From the sequence record NC_042116.1: DNA of 64,000 nucleotides; one strand, 5' to 3'. Shown here one piece after another: positions 7,965 through 17,274 of this stretch. Each line of letters begins with the position of its first letter. Position 1 is the stretch's first letter. The notes beneath the pieces are model-generated. The model was given only the letters and a program-made list of their open reading frames with translations, was not told the DNA's origin and did not search any database. Made by a program: the position numbers and the translations under genes.

Positions 7965-8321
7965 ATGAAAACTGAATTTTTCGCGACAAGAACACTGGCA
8001 CGTAACGCGGTAGAAGCTCTTAATGGTAAGTTTAAAGATTTTGGTAAAGATGCTCCTACTGGTGAACGTTGGGGGGTGCTGGTGGATGAAGTACTACCAG
8101 TACAAAAGGAACAACCTGTACTTGCAGAAGAAAAAAGTAATCTTGACGTACACCTTGATTTTCTTAGTACTGTAGCAGAAGATGCAGCAAAAGCATTGAA
8201 TCAGCCAACTGGCATTCGTGGGGAACAAACGTTAACAACACCAAATAAGAAGCCTGTACGGGTTATGTGGCGTCGTTCAATTGTGGCGGTACGTTTGTCG
8301 GCACTACTGGCAAAATCGTAA
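7965..8321 (+). CDS. Hypothetical early protein
   Basis: RBS GAGG at the trimmed start. Confidence 0.75.
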   Translation: MKTEFFATRTLARNAVEALNGKFKDFGKDAPTGERWGVLVDEVLPVQKEQPVLAEEKSNLDVHLDFLSTVAEDAAKALNQPTGIRGEQTLTTPNKKPVRVMWRRSIVAVRLSALLAKS

Positions 8322-8370
8322 CACAAACCAGTGGGGGCGGTATAATGCCCCCTTTATTAATCGAGATCAT

Positions 8371-8613
8371 ATGAAAAAAGTTAAAGTTGATAATACACAA
8401 TTACGCATACATTTCAAGGCACAAACAAAAGTACTTGATAAGGCTATTCGTATTGTGAAAGATTATAATAATGGAAGTGTTAGAGCTAGACGGTTAGGGT
8501 GTGGTTTATTTTCAGTAATAGATGTATCACATAACGAACGGATCGTTATTAAAAATAAAACACTTAATTTAATGACTCATGAACAATATAATAAATTCGT
8601 CGAACGACGTTGA
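8371..8613 (+). CDS. ParE/RelE-like small protein
   Basis: Basic 80 aa; pattern RR......S.DV....RIV.....LMTHEQYN recalls the plasmid/ICE ParE-like family. Confidence 0.4.
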   Translation: MKKVKVDNTQLRIHFKAQTKVLDKAIRIVKDYNNGSVRARRLGCGLFSVIDVSHNERIVIKNKTLNLMTHEQYNKFVERR

Positions 8614-8669
8614 CATAATCCCCTAAATATGTATAATAATAATTATACACGATTAGGGGATTTTTTATT

Positions 8670-9131
8670 ATGCCTGATAAATTTAAACATAAGAATGGTG
8701 CTACTATAGCAGGTCATGCCGATAAGTGGAGTGATGAAAATCGTTCAAGTACTAGCCATGATGCAGGTCAAGGCAGTAAAGGAAGTAGAAATCAAGGTAC
8801 AGGAATTAAAGGTAAACAAAACGCAATGCCATCACAAGGTATTGATACATCCAAAATGGATAAGTCCGAAAAATTAAAGTACTTTAATTCATTGGGTTTA
8901 CTTCAACCAAAACAAGAATTATCTATTAAAACATGGCCTGAAACATTACGCAAAGTGTTTAAAGATGAACCTGTATACATTAAAGATATTACTACAGCGA
9001 TAAAATCTATTGAACCAGCAAGATATCAACAAGCCATTCAATCAGCATTCAATGCTTATAACGAAATTACAAAACAATCAGATGATGTTTATGATATATA
9101 TGCCGCAATTATGCAAGCATTACAAGGTTAA
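8670..9131 (+). CDS. Hypothetical protein
   Basis: TTGACA-17-TATAAT promoter upstream. Confidence 0.65.
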   Translation: MPDKFKHKNGATIAGHADKWSDENRSSTSHDAGQGSKGSRNQGTGIKGKQNAMPSQGIDTSKMDKSEKLKYFNSLGLLQPKQELSIKTWPETLRKVFKDEPVYIKDITTAIKSIEPARYQQAIQSAFNAYNEITKQSDDVYDIYAAIMQALQG

Positions 9132-9197
9132 AAATAAGGGTTGACTTAGGTTAACCCTTTTGCTATTGTATCAGTACACAAACATAAGGAATATATT

Positions 9198-9548
9198 ATG
9201 AAAAAGTTATTATTACTCGCTGCATTGTTTAGTACTACAGTTTCAGCTCAAACATTTACATGTGATAACTTTACTCTGTATCAAGGTATCGGGAATAATC
9301 AATACAGACAAGTAGATGATGCAGGTGTACAATCATCTTTGATTATTACTATTGAAAGTACTGAACCATTGATTACCGTTTCTGTACAAGGTGATAAAGA
9401 AGTAGTGCAATTCTGGAAAGATTATAATGTATACAGAAATGTAACTGGTGAAATTTCACAAGATGGTAATAATTTTATAATGAAAACAGCTATACAAGAT
9501 AGTACTGGATTTTATATACCTGTTAAAATTGAGTACCATTGTAAATGA
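9198..9548 (+). CDS. Exported protein with signal peptide
   Basis: MKKLLLLAALFSTTVSA signal sequence. Confidence 0.75.
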   Translation: MKKLLLLAALFSTTVSAQTFTCDNFTLYQGIGNNQYRQVDDAGVQSSLIITIESTEPLITVSVQGDKEVVQFWKDYNVYRNVTGEISQDGNNFIMKTAIQDSTGFYIPVKIEYHCK

Positions 9549-9742
9549 AATTATCATTTCAATTTATGCAAAAACGTGTACAGTACTTAAGTACTAAACT
9601 TAAAGCATCATTTGAATTACAATATACTATTAACCAGAATTATCATTTAATGAAGAATGGAAGATTCATTGTTATGGATCAACCGCTTGAAGTACTGGAA
9701 ATAGTAGTAAGTGCATTATTAAGTAATAACATTAAAAAATAA
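9545..9742 (+). CDS. Hypothetical protein
   Basis: 4-nt overlap with the upstream gene. Confidence 0.55.
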   Translation: MKLSFQFMQKRVQYLSTKLKASFELQYTINQNYHLMKNGRFIVMDQPLEVLEIVVSALLSNNIKK

Positions 9743-9787
9743 TTAAATCAAGGGTTGACAGATGTTAACCCTTTTTGCTATACTACT

Positions 9788-9838
9788 ATCAATCCAGCGA
9801 AATGGACTAACCCTATAGGGTGTATAGTTATGTCAGTA
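9788..9838 (+). ncRNA. Two-hairpin element E8
   Basis: tcca-GCGAAA-tgga, accc-tata-gggt; promoter TTGACA(9755)-18-TATACT. Confidence 0.55.
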
Positions 9839-9947
9839 CTTTTATTATATGCATAGAAAAAAGAATTTAAAATTAAAATGAAAAAGTACTTGTGTTAGAT
9901 GCTGGAACTGATAGAATGTAGTTATTGAAACAACGGGAGTAAATGAA

Positions 9948-10187
9948 ATGGCTAATAAAGAAGTGGAATTTAAAATTAGAAAATGGTCAGATACTAACGG
10001 TCGTCCATTTGATGTAGTGCTGGTGGATCATTTAAAGAACAATCAGCATTTTCAGCCTAATGTTGAATTTAGTACTATCGAACATGCTGAAAAGCATATG
10101 GAAACTTTGAATACTTTAATTCAAAATCATCCTGACCGTATCAACTTTATTCGTGACCATTGGCCTGTTGATGCTGGTATAGAATAA
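9948..10187 (+). CDS. Hypothetical early protein
   Basis: Promoter and RBS GGGAG. Confidence 0.7.
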   Translation: MANKEVEFKIRKWSDTNGRPFDVVLVDHLKNNQHFQPNVEFSTIEHAEKHMETLNTLIQNHPDRINFIRDHWPVDAGIE

Positions 10188-10270
10188 AAATTAAAACGTA
10201 AAAAGTACTTGACTATATCAGTTGAGTACTTTAAAATAGAATCTTAATTAACGCAATAGGAAACTAAATC

Positions 10271-11164
10271 ATGAAAATGTACAAAGGCATCGCAGGTAAA
10301 GCAATCAAAGAAAACCGTCCACTGCTAAGATCAGAACTGGAATTAGTTGTTCCATCTATCTTTTCAAGTACTGGTCACGAATCACGTTCAGCCCGTTTTG
10401 CACCTGTTGCAACCATCGACGTTGTAGACCGTTTAGCAAAAGAAGGTTATCAACCATTCTTTGCTATTCAGTCCAATGTACGTGACGAATCTAAACGCGA
10501 ATTCACTAAGCATATGCTGCGTTTCCGTCAACATGATGGCAAAACATCCGGCGAATCTAATGAGATCATTCTCGTTAACGCAAATGATGGAACAAGTGCA
10601 TACCAATTAATGGCTGGTCAATTCCGTTTCGTTTGTGCTAATGGTCTGGTTATGGGTAACATGCAACATAACACAAAAATCTATCACAAAGGTAACAATA
10701 TCATGGATGACGTGATCGAAGGCGTCTATTCAGTAGTGAAAGATTTTGATAACATTGAACGTTATAAAGATGAAATGCAACTAATACAACTCAATGATAT
10801 CGAACGTAAAACGTTTGCAACTGCTGGTTATCTCATGAAAGAGGGTATGCCGGAATCAGGTTCAATGGATGACTTTGTATATAATCCATTACAACTATTA
10901 TCACGTTCAGGTCTAAACAGTCAAGACCAGTACGATAATAGTTTGTATAGTACTTTTAATACTGTACAACAACACTTAATCAACGGTGGTCAACGCTCAT
11001 TCATGGAAGATCGTAATGGTCGTACTCGCCGCCGGTCAAGCCGTAGCGTTACTAATATCAATAAGAACATTGATATCAATAGTAACTTATGGCAACTCGC
11101 TACCGCTCTGGTAGAGAAGAATACTAAGGTAGTGCATGATATCGTTGATGCACAATTAGCATAA
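10271..11164 (+). CDS. DUF932-family protein (plasmid leading-region / cryptic-prophage type)
   Basis: PSIFS...HESRSARF....T..V...L..EGYQPFFAIQS..RD..KREFTKHMLRFR; IILVNANDGTSAYQLMAGQFRFVCANGLV. Confidence 0.85.
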   Translation: MKMYKGIAGKAIKENRPLLRSELELVVPSIFSSTGHESRSARFAPVATIDVVDRLAKEGYQPFFAIQSNVRDESKREFTKHMLRFRQHDGKTSGESNEIILVNANDGTSAYQLMAGQFRFVCANGLVMGNMQHNTKIYHKGNNIMDDVIEGVYSVVKDFDNIERYKDEMQLIQLNDIERKTFATAGYLMKEGMPESGSMDDFVYNPLQLLSRSGLNSQDQYDNSLYSTFNTVQQHLINGGQRSFMEDRNGRTRRRSSRSVTNINKNIDINSNLWQLATALVEKNTKVVHDIVDAQLA

Positions 11165-11252
11165 AAAATAAGTACTAAAATCATATAAGGGGTTGACTTA
11201 GGTTAACCCCTTTTGCTATACTTATTTTATCGAAACAAACGAGGGTTAGTAA

Positions 11253-11588
11253 ATGTTAGATGTATATGTAAGTTCTGATTTAGTTTCAAATGGTAGAAAT
11301 GAATTCGGTACTGAACAAGAAAAAACAGAGTACTACATCATTGCAGAATCTCTAAATGGTCAACGTATTAGATTAGATAGTGTGTCAGTTGTTAATAGAG
11401 AATACACTGATACACAATGTACTGAGTACTTAGAACGTGTAGTTACAAAGATTAAAAATCATTTAGCTGGTGGCGGTAAGTTGAATCAAGATTGTTGGTA
11501 CGAAATAGATCCTTGCTATGGTTCACAACGTTATATCGATTTGGATAGTACTGGTTACTTTTATCAACGTGAGAAACTCGAAGATTAA
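11253..11588 (+). CDS. Hypothetical early protein
   Basis: Promoter and RBS. Confidence 0.75.
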   Translation: MLDVYVSSDLVSNGRNEFGTEQEKTEYYIIAESLNGQRIRLDSVSVVNREYTDTQCTEYLERVVTKIKNHLAGGGKLNQDCWYEIDPCYGSQRYIDLDSTGYFYQREKLED

Positions 11589-11659
11589 TAATAATGGGGT
11601 TGACTATAGTTAGCCCCTTTTGTTATAATTCTTATACACCATCACGAAAGGAAAGAAAC

Positions 11660-11857
11660 ATGACCAGAGAAGAAAGAATTGAAGCCGCTCATAAAGTACT
11701 GTCATACAAACATCTTGAAATGATGGAAGCTATGGAAAGAGTACTAGGCACGTTTGGCGAAGAAAATAAAGATAAATTCGCCGCCGTATATGATGAAGTT
11801 GAAAACATTCTTTATCCGCATGGTGCGGGTGAAGATGCAGTATACTGCGAAAATTAA
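11660..11857 (+). CDS. Hypothetical early protein
   Basis: RBS AAGGA at the trimmed start. Confidence 0.65.
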   Translation: MTREERIEAAHKVLSYKHLEMMEAMERVLGTFGEENKDKFAAVYDEVENILYPHGAGEDAVYCEN

Positions 11858-11918
11858 TAATTGACAAACTCTGTCAGTACTGATATACTGGCAGAATATT
11901 AAATCAGAGGATACAATC

Positions 11919-12101
11919 ATGGTTCAAGTAGATATGACTGAATTGCGGAAACGTTGGTATGATCTGGCACGTTCAGGTACTGCTATCACTGGTGATAATA
12001 GAACGCTTTTCAATACACTTGATGGCTGGCAACGTCAAGAATTAAAAAATGCATATCTTAAAGGTATGACAGATGAAGTGCAAGCATGGGATGAAGCATA
12101 A
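11919..12101 (+). CDS. Hypothetical early protein
   Basis: Promoter and RBS GAGGA. Confidence 0.65.
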   Translation: MVQVDMTELRKRWYDLARSGTAITGDNRTLFNTLDGWQRQELKNAYLKGMTDEVQAWDEA

Positions 12102-12147
12102 TTAAAAATAAAGGCTTGACTTAGGTTAAGCCTTTTGCTATAGTACT

Positions 12148-12198
12148 ATCAATGCAGCGAAATGCACTAACCCTATAGGGTGCGGAGCTATGTCTGTA
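12148..12198 (+). ncRNA. Two-hairpin element E9
   Basis: tgca-GCGAAA-tgca (compensatory change), accc-tata-gggt; promoter TTGACT(12116)-17-TATAGT. Confidence 0.55.
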
Positions 12199-12288
12199 AA
12201 AGATATTAAAATTCAAATGAAAAGTACTTGACCTATATAGCTGGTGGATGATATATTATTAGTACTGGATGCAACCGAGGGCAATACT

Positions 12289-12561
12289 ATGAAAGTTACT
12301 ACACTGATTAAAAAGTTGTTTGGTCAAGACGCAATCGCTGATTATATGGAAGTACTGGAAGAAGATGAAAAACAATCAGTACTCCAGTACTATACAATTC
12401 AATCAGATGAAGATGCAAGTGAACCAGATTACTTTGTTAAGTTATGGCAGGATGGATTGTATACTGTCAAAAACATTAACGGTGAAGTTATCGTGAATAC
12501 ATATAATGTAAGATTACTAAAAGAAAAGTTAAAAGTACTTGCAAACAATCATAAGGTTTAG
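12289..12561 (+). CDS. Hypothetical early protein
   Basis: RBS GAGG at the trimmed start. Confidence 0.65.
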   Translation: MKVTTLIKKLFGQDAIADYMEVLEEDEKQSVLQYYTIQSDEDASEPDYFVKLWQDGLYTVKNINGEVIVNTYNVRLLKEKLKVLANNHKV

Positions 12562-12626
12562 TATTATATATACATCGAACGGGGACAGGGAACATAATGT
12601 TACCGCCTGATTCGGGAGATTCAATC

Positions 12627-13076
12627 ATGAGCGACTTAACTACTTCCCTGCTTTCACTGGCTAAAAACAACGGCGGCAACTTCAAATCAGAAAAGCAATC
12701 TGCTATGTTTAATAGTCTGGCAAGTAATGGTGTGTTAGTTCTCGCTGGTGGATCTGTATATGGTAACACATGGTCATATGAGTTTATCATTGATAGTACT
12801 GGTGTTGTATCAGTCAATAAACTATCTTATAGCAAAGCTGGTGTTGCCAGTACTGAAGCTATGTTCTCACGCGATGGTACTGTTCAGGCTGACCGTAAAG
12901 TTGCACAGGATGATAAGAATACTAAACGTATCAAGCGTGAGATTAAAGGGCTTGAGAAACGTATCAAGCAACGTCAAGCAGAGTATGATGCTGGTCAGTA
13001 TCCCGATGCTGAAATGTTTAATAAAGCTCAGAGAGAAGATAGAGATAATTTGGAAGAGTACCAAGCAATGTTATAA
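12627..13076 (+). CDS. Hypothetical early protein with C-terminal coiled coil
   Basis: RBS GGAG at the trimmed start. Confidence 0.75.
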   Translation: MSDLTTSLLSLAKNNGGNFKSEKQSAMFNSLASNGVLVLAGGSVYGNTWSYEFIIDSTGVVSVNKLSYSKAGVASTEAMFSRDGTVQADRKVAQDDKNTKRIKREIKGLEKRIKQRQAEYDAGQYPDAEMFNKAQREDRDNLEEYQAML

Positions 13077-13141
13077 AGTACTTGACATTTATTAAAGCCA
13101 CTGTCATAATGTCGGTGGCTTAGTCTATTGAGGAATAGCAT

Positions 13142-13342
13142 ATGTTTAATGTAGTAGGTTGTTTAGGGTGTACCATTGGTAGTGCAGCGTCAGTCGATGA
13201 AGCTATCACACTGGTACGTTCACAGGTGCCAGTAGGTAAGAAGAAGCAGAGCACCATGCGTAACGCTCTCTCTACGCTACGCCAAGGCCAGCAGTACCAT
13301 GTAGACTATGGTCATTCAGGGGTAACCGTAGAGCGGCTATAG
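13142..13342 (+). CDS. Hypothetical early protein
   Basis: TTGACA promoter and RBS GAGGA. Confidence 0.65.
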   Translation: MFNVVGCLGCTIGSAASVDEAITLVRSQVPVGKKKQSTMRNALSTLRQGQQYHVDYGHSGVTVERL

Positions 13343-13554
13343 GTAAGCTGTACGCTGTTATATGGCATTTTTAATTTAATTCAAAAAATATTTTATACAG
13401 AATAAAAGTACTTGACTTTTGAAATGAGTAAGGGATACCTTAACTTTTCTGTATAAAATATGTTTGGACTATGCAAAATTTTTTTGCTTACTAAAGGCCA
13501 GTAACGCTTAGCACCCCTATAATCGGGGTATATGTATTACAATAGGAGTAAACT

Positions 13555-14211
13555 GTGGAAGAACCACACACATTACATTTGATCTGGAATAGGCGTAGAA
13601 ATGAAGCTATGCGAAAATATCACGGTGATGGTATAGACAAACCCGTACTTAAACATATCTTCCATGATGTACACCAATCTGATTACTATACTGAATTATT
13701 ACACTACGGGTCACAATTAATTAATTTAAGTACTATTATTATGCCACAGGTATCAATAGTAACAAGTTGGTTCGGAACGATAGGACAGATGGAAATTCCA
13801 TTAGAAAATGAAGTTACTTTTAGCATATACACTGATGGAAATGATGATGCATTAATACTTTCAAAAAAAAGCAATAGAATTTTTCAGTTATTCTTGAGGT
13901 CTAAGAATGCTCATCAGCATGAAATAATGTACGGTAACAACTTCATTGGTAATGACCTAATAGTACTACAAGGTGAACATGTCAATTACGCAGTGAATGT
14001 TAATATAGATACCGAGTTATCAAAAGCAGTTAAAATGGAAACCAAGAAACTCCCAATACAATACAGTACTTCTATAATATATGGTATAACGAATGAACTA
14101 TTATTTTTATATCATATGGATCATATGGATGATACAAATGTGTATTTTAATTTTATACATAGTGCATTATCATCATTAACAATAGAATGCACAAGAAGAG
14201 GTTATATGTAA
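13555..14211 (+). CDS. Hypothetical protein, weak member of the FQxxT paralog array
   Basis: GTG start with AGGAG; LPIQYST variant of the motif. Confidence 0.7.
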   Translation: MEEPHTLHLIWNRRRNEAMRKYHGDGIDKPVLKHIFHDVHQSDYYTELLHYGSQLINLSTIIMPQVSIVTSWFGTIGQMEIPLENEVTFSIYTDGNDDALILSKKSNRIFQLFLRSKNAHQHEIMYGNNFIGNDLIVLQGEHVNYAVNVNIDTELSKAVKMETKKLPIQYSTSIIYGITNELLFLYHMDHMDDTNVYFNFIHSALSSLTIECTRRGYM

Positions 14212-14795
14212 TGGATTATAAAAAGATGAAAGATATGTTTTTAAAAACATGGCCTATACTAATACCACGAATGAAAACCACACGTTCATTTTATAAAAGG
14301 ATTAATGATGCATATTATATAGAATATAGAAACAGCAGTCCATATGATTCTAACTATATACTCAGAATATATGGAAATGGAGGAACACGTAATTCAGATA
14401 TATTATATGAACTTAGTTATAATACTATGTTGAAGTACTTTAGTACTTTTACTGATGACTCTATACGTATTGCACACTGGAAGAAAGAATTACCAAGATA
14501 CTATGCATTGAGAGATCCTGATAATGCGAAAGAGAGTGGTGATGGATATACATTCATTCAGTTCCCATGTGATTCTGATTATTTTTTCCAACGTATGACG
14601 GTACAGAATACATTAGACTATGAAGATTATGAATTATGGGATACAGAAGTACTGGTAATGCAAGAAGTACTTAAAGATCATCCAGCATTAAGTATAGGTT
14701 TAGTACTACGAGATGAGTACTTAACACCTGAAGATGTTATTGATATGTGTATAACATTCTTTGATAATTTGGAGAATGAAGATGGCAGTAATTGA
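14211..14795 (+). CDS. FQxxT paralog
   Basis: SDYFFQRMTVQN. Confidence 0.75.
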   Translation: MDYKKMKDMFLKTWPILIPRMKTTRSFYKRINDAYYIEYRNSSPYDSNYILRIYGNGGTRNSDILYELSYNTMLKYFSTFTDDSIRIAHWKKELPRYYALRDPDNAKESGDGYTFIQFPCDSDYFFQRMTVQNTLDYEDYELWDTEVLVMQEVLKDHPALSIGLVLRDEYLTPEDVIDMCITFFDNLENEDGSN

Positions 14796-15405
14796 TAATG
14801 TATCATTTTTTACTACTATGTTATATGAATTGTCTTACAATTTTAGCAAAGTACATGGTAAATTACTTAAACAGTATTATTCAGGATATGACAGTTCATT
14901 TGTATACACAGGGGCTAAGTACAGTGATGTTTTTAATAATTACCTACGCTGCATGATAAAATGTACAGAATCGTTTAGTACTATAGAATTCACTATAGGG
15001 TCTAAGGTACATCCGTTATGTATTATCAGGCACAATAAAAGTATGTCTCTTGAATATTCATATACGAATGGTATTAAATTAAATCGTTCAAAAGGTACAG
15101 ATAATGATACAGTACTAAAGTTAATGAGTGCTGGTACTTCTGAATTGATACAATTACCTGGTTCATTAGATAATGATATATTAGAGCCTTGGGAATTTCA
15201 GATGCTTACTAAGTATGACATAGGAACATTTAATATATTTTTGTTAGATGCATGGATAGTTAATGAGTTACCTTTTTACACTGATATAGAAGTTAATTTT
15301 CTTCCTTTTGGAAGTGATACAACATCTGCTCAAAGGGCATGTTTAATAGAAATGTTTACCAGTACAGTACAAGGGTTGATACATGAAGCTTCTAAAGTTT
15401 ATTGA
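14782..15405 (+). CDS. FQxxT paralog
   Basis: EPWEFQMLTKYD. Confidence 0.75.
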   Translation: MAVIDNVSFFTTMLYELSYNFSKVHGKLLKQYYSGYDSSFVYTGAKYSDVFNNYLRCMIKCTESFSTIEFTIGSKVHPLCIIRHNKSMSLEYSYTNGIKLNRSKGTDNDTVLKLMSAGTSELIQLPGSLDNDILEPWEFQMLTKYDIGTFNIFLLDAWIVNELPFYTDIEVNFLPFGSDTTSAQRACLIEMFTSTVQGLIHEASKVY

Positions 15406-16009
15406 TGTATGTAAATCCTTGTTAGAATTGCATAGTTTACGTACTTCTAACACATCAATTGTTATGAATTATGATAGAATACAATTAAGTACTGGTAATG
15501 AGTATCGTGTATTGTCAGGTGGAGCTATGGCAACAAGGTTAGAATTTTATCTATCAGAATATAGATCAGATGCTACATTAGTACAAGTATCTCGGCAGAT
15601 GGATTTACACATAAAATTAAGAGATGATCATTATTTCTTAATGAATGAAGATAATCTTTTACAATTTGGTATATTAAAAGAAACTACTGGTGTATTGAAT
15701 ATGATGGCAGTGTATCTTCCGTTCATCGATAATAATGTACCGCATGACCAAGATACATTAGAAGCATTAGAGTTTCAGTACTTAACGAAGTACAGTATAA
15801 ATGAAGTACAAGCGATGATAGTATATCATATACTTAACGGGTACAGAAAAGATTATCCAGCTCATACATTAACTTCAAAGTACAATCCATCATTAGTAAT
15901 TAATTTTAAAGTACTGGATGAATGTACAGAAGAAGAGTTAGATGAAATAAACAATAAAATACGGGAACAGATAAATGGGATTCAACTTTCAGTACTATCA
16001 AAAATTTAA
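15383..16009 (+). CDS. FQxxT paralog
   Basis: EALEFQYLTKYS. Confidence 0.75.
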   Translation: MKLLKFIDVCKSLLELHSLRTSNTSIVMNYDRIQLSTGNEYRVLSGGAMATRLEFYLSEYRSDATLVQVSRQMDLHIKLRDDHYFLMNEDNLLQFGILKETTGVLNMMAVYLPFIDNNVPHDQDTLEALEFQYLTKYSINEVQAMIVYHILNGYRKDYPAHTLTSKYNPSLVINFKVLDECTEEELDEINNKIREQINGIQLSVLSKI

Positions 16010-16025
16010 AGAAATATTTAAAGTT

Positions 16026-16571
16026 ATGTCAAAGTTTGATGCTGTTATTACAGATGACATTGAGTTCAGGGATGATATATTATCAGTAAGATTAGTACGA
16101 GTACGTTCTTGTATGACATTTAATATATTTGCAGTTGGTTTTGATTTTGATTATCCAGTACTTAGTATGTCGTGGTGTTACAAGAACAGCACCGCTAATT
16201 TTTCTGGATTTATCTTCAGTAAAGATACCTTTATAAGTGCAATTTATAGTACTAATGATATAAGTAATTTTAATTATGCAGTTTATGAAAATATTAATGA
16301 AAAGAATGTATGTAAGTTGGATTATCCTTTACGGGAAGAACAAGTATTTCAGGAGTTGACGAGATTTAATATTCCACATGAAGAAGATATAAATGTATTC
16401 ATGGAGACTTCTTATGAAGTACTAAATGGTAGTACTAAGTTTAGTTCTTTCTCTTTTCATCCACAAAATTTTGATTCGAAAAATGAAACAGAAATGGATA
16501 ATATGGTACAATCGATATTGGAACGTTTAGAGCTTTTGTATCTTCAAAATGACTCAATTTTAAAAGAATAA
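16026..16571 (+). CDS. FQxxT paralog
   Basis: EEQVFQELTRFN. Confidence 0.75.
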   Translation: MSKFDAVITDDIEFRDDILSVRLVRVRSCMTFNIFAVGFDFDYPVLSMSWCYKNSTANFSGFIFSKDTFISAIYSTNDISNFNYAVYENINEKNVCKLDYPLREEQVFQELTRFNIPHEEDINVFMETSYEVLNGSTKFSSFSFHPQNFDSKNETEMDNMVQSILERLELLYLQNDSILKE

Positions 16572-16677
16572 ATAAATGTTCTCTAAAAAATAGTTGTATA
16601 AAAAATGGTCAAAAAAAATTCCGCTTCTAATATTTAATATCAAGATAAAATGGCGGGGCGAGGGGAGCGGCGGGGTG

Positions 16678-17274
16678 ATGGAATCGATGTTAGTACTAAA
16701 AGAGTTTTACGAAAAGTTTTCTTCATTAATAAATGAGATTGGTATATTAAGTACACAGATGAATGATACGGCGGTAGAATGGGGAGGACAAGAACGGGGT
16801 TTACGATATACATTTACAAAAGACGAAGGATTCTATTCTATTAAATTAATAGATGATATTCATTATACATTTGAATTAGAAGCCATATGTTATAATTTTC
16901 AACATATTAATATTAATTCTACATGTACATTTTTTACAAGTCCTCAATGTAATGAAATATATACTGGTAAAGGATTTAGTACTACAAAGTTCAATATAGT
17001 TCACCGAGATGAAAGTGAGTTTAGAAGGGACATGAATTATCCTATAGTAGAAGAAGAATATTTTCAAAATAGTACACGAATGAAATTAGAAGATGAAGAA
17101 TTTTATCAGTACTTTATGGAATTAGAACCATTATCCCTAGAGCTTGGTTTAAAATTTTCTCACGTTGAAGATGGTGAAAAATTAGCTCTTTCATTACTTA
17201 AAGATACTGCACTAATTAATAGTATTATTAATAAATTGAATATTCTTTTAATGACATGCCAGAGAATACCATGA
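16678..17274 (+). CDS. FQxxT paralog
   Basis: EEEYFQNSTRMK. Confidence 0.75.
   Translation: MESMLVLKEFYEKFSSLINEIGILSTQMNDTAVEWGGQERGLRYTFTKDEGFYSIKLIDDIHYTFELEAICYNFQHININSTCTFFTSPQCNEIYTGKGFSTTKFNIVHRDESEFRRDMNYPIVEEEYFQNSTRMKLEDEEFYQYFMELEPLSLELGLKFSHVEDGEKLALSLLKDTALINSIINKLNILLMTCQRIP

Noticed and set aside
283-12198. Hairpin element family as a CRISPR array or solitary CRISPR repeats
   Set aside because: Copies are kilobases apart, on both strands, have no spacers, and do not resemble I-E or I-F repeats I know.
13340-13440. Exact end of a long terminal repeat at the change in gene architecture
   Set aside because: The style changes here, but a repeat boundary cannot be located without the other genome end or read coverage.
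13505-13535. Tenth copy of the two-hairpin element on the minus strand (GGGGTGC present)
   Set aside because: It lacks the G(A/C)GAAA hairpin and an upstream promoter; better explained as a hairpin around a -10 box.
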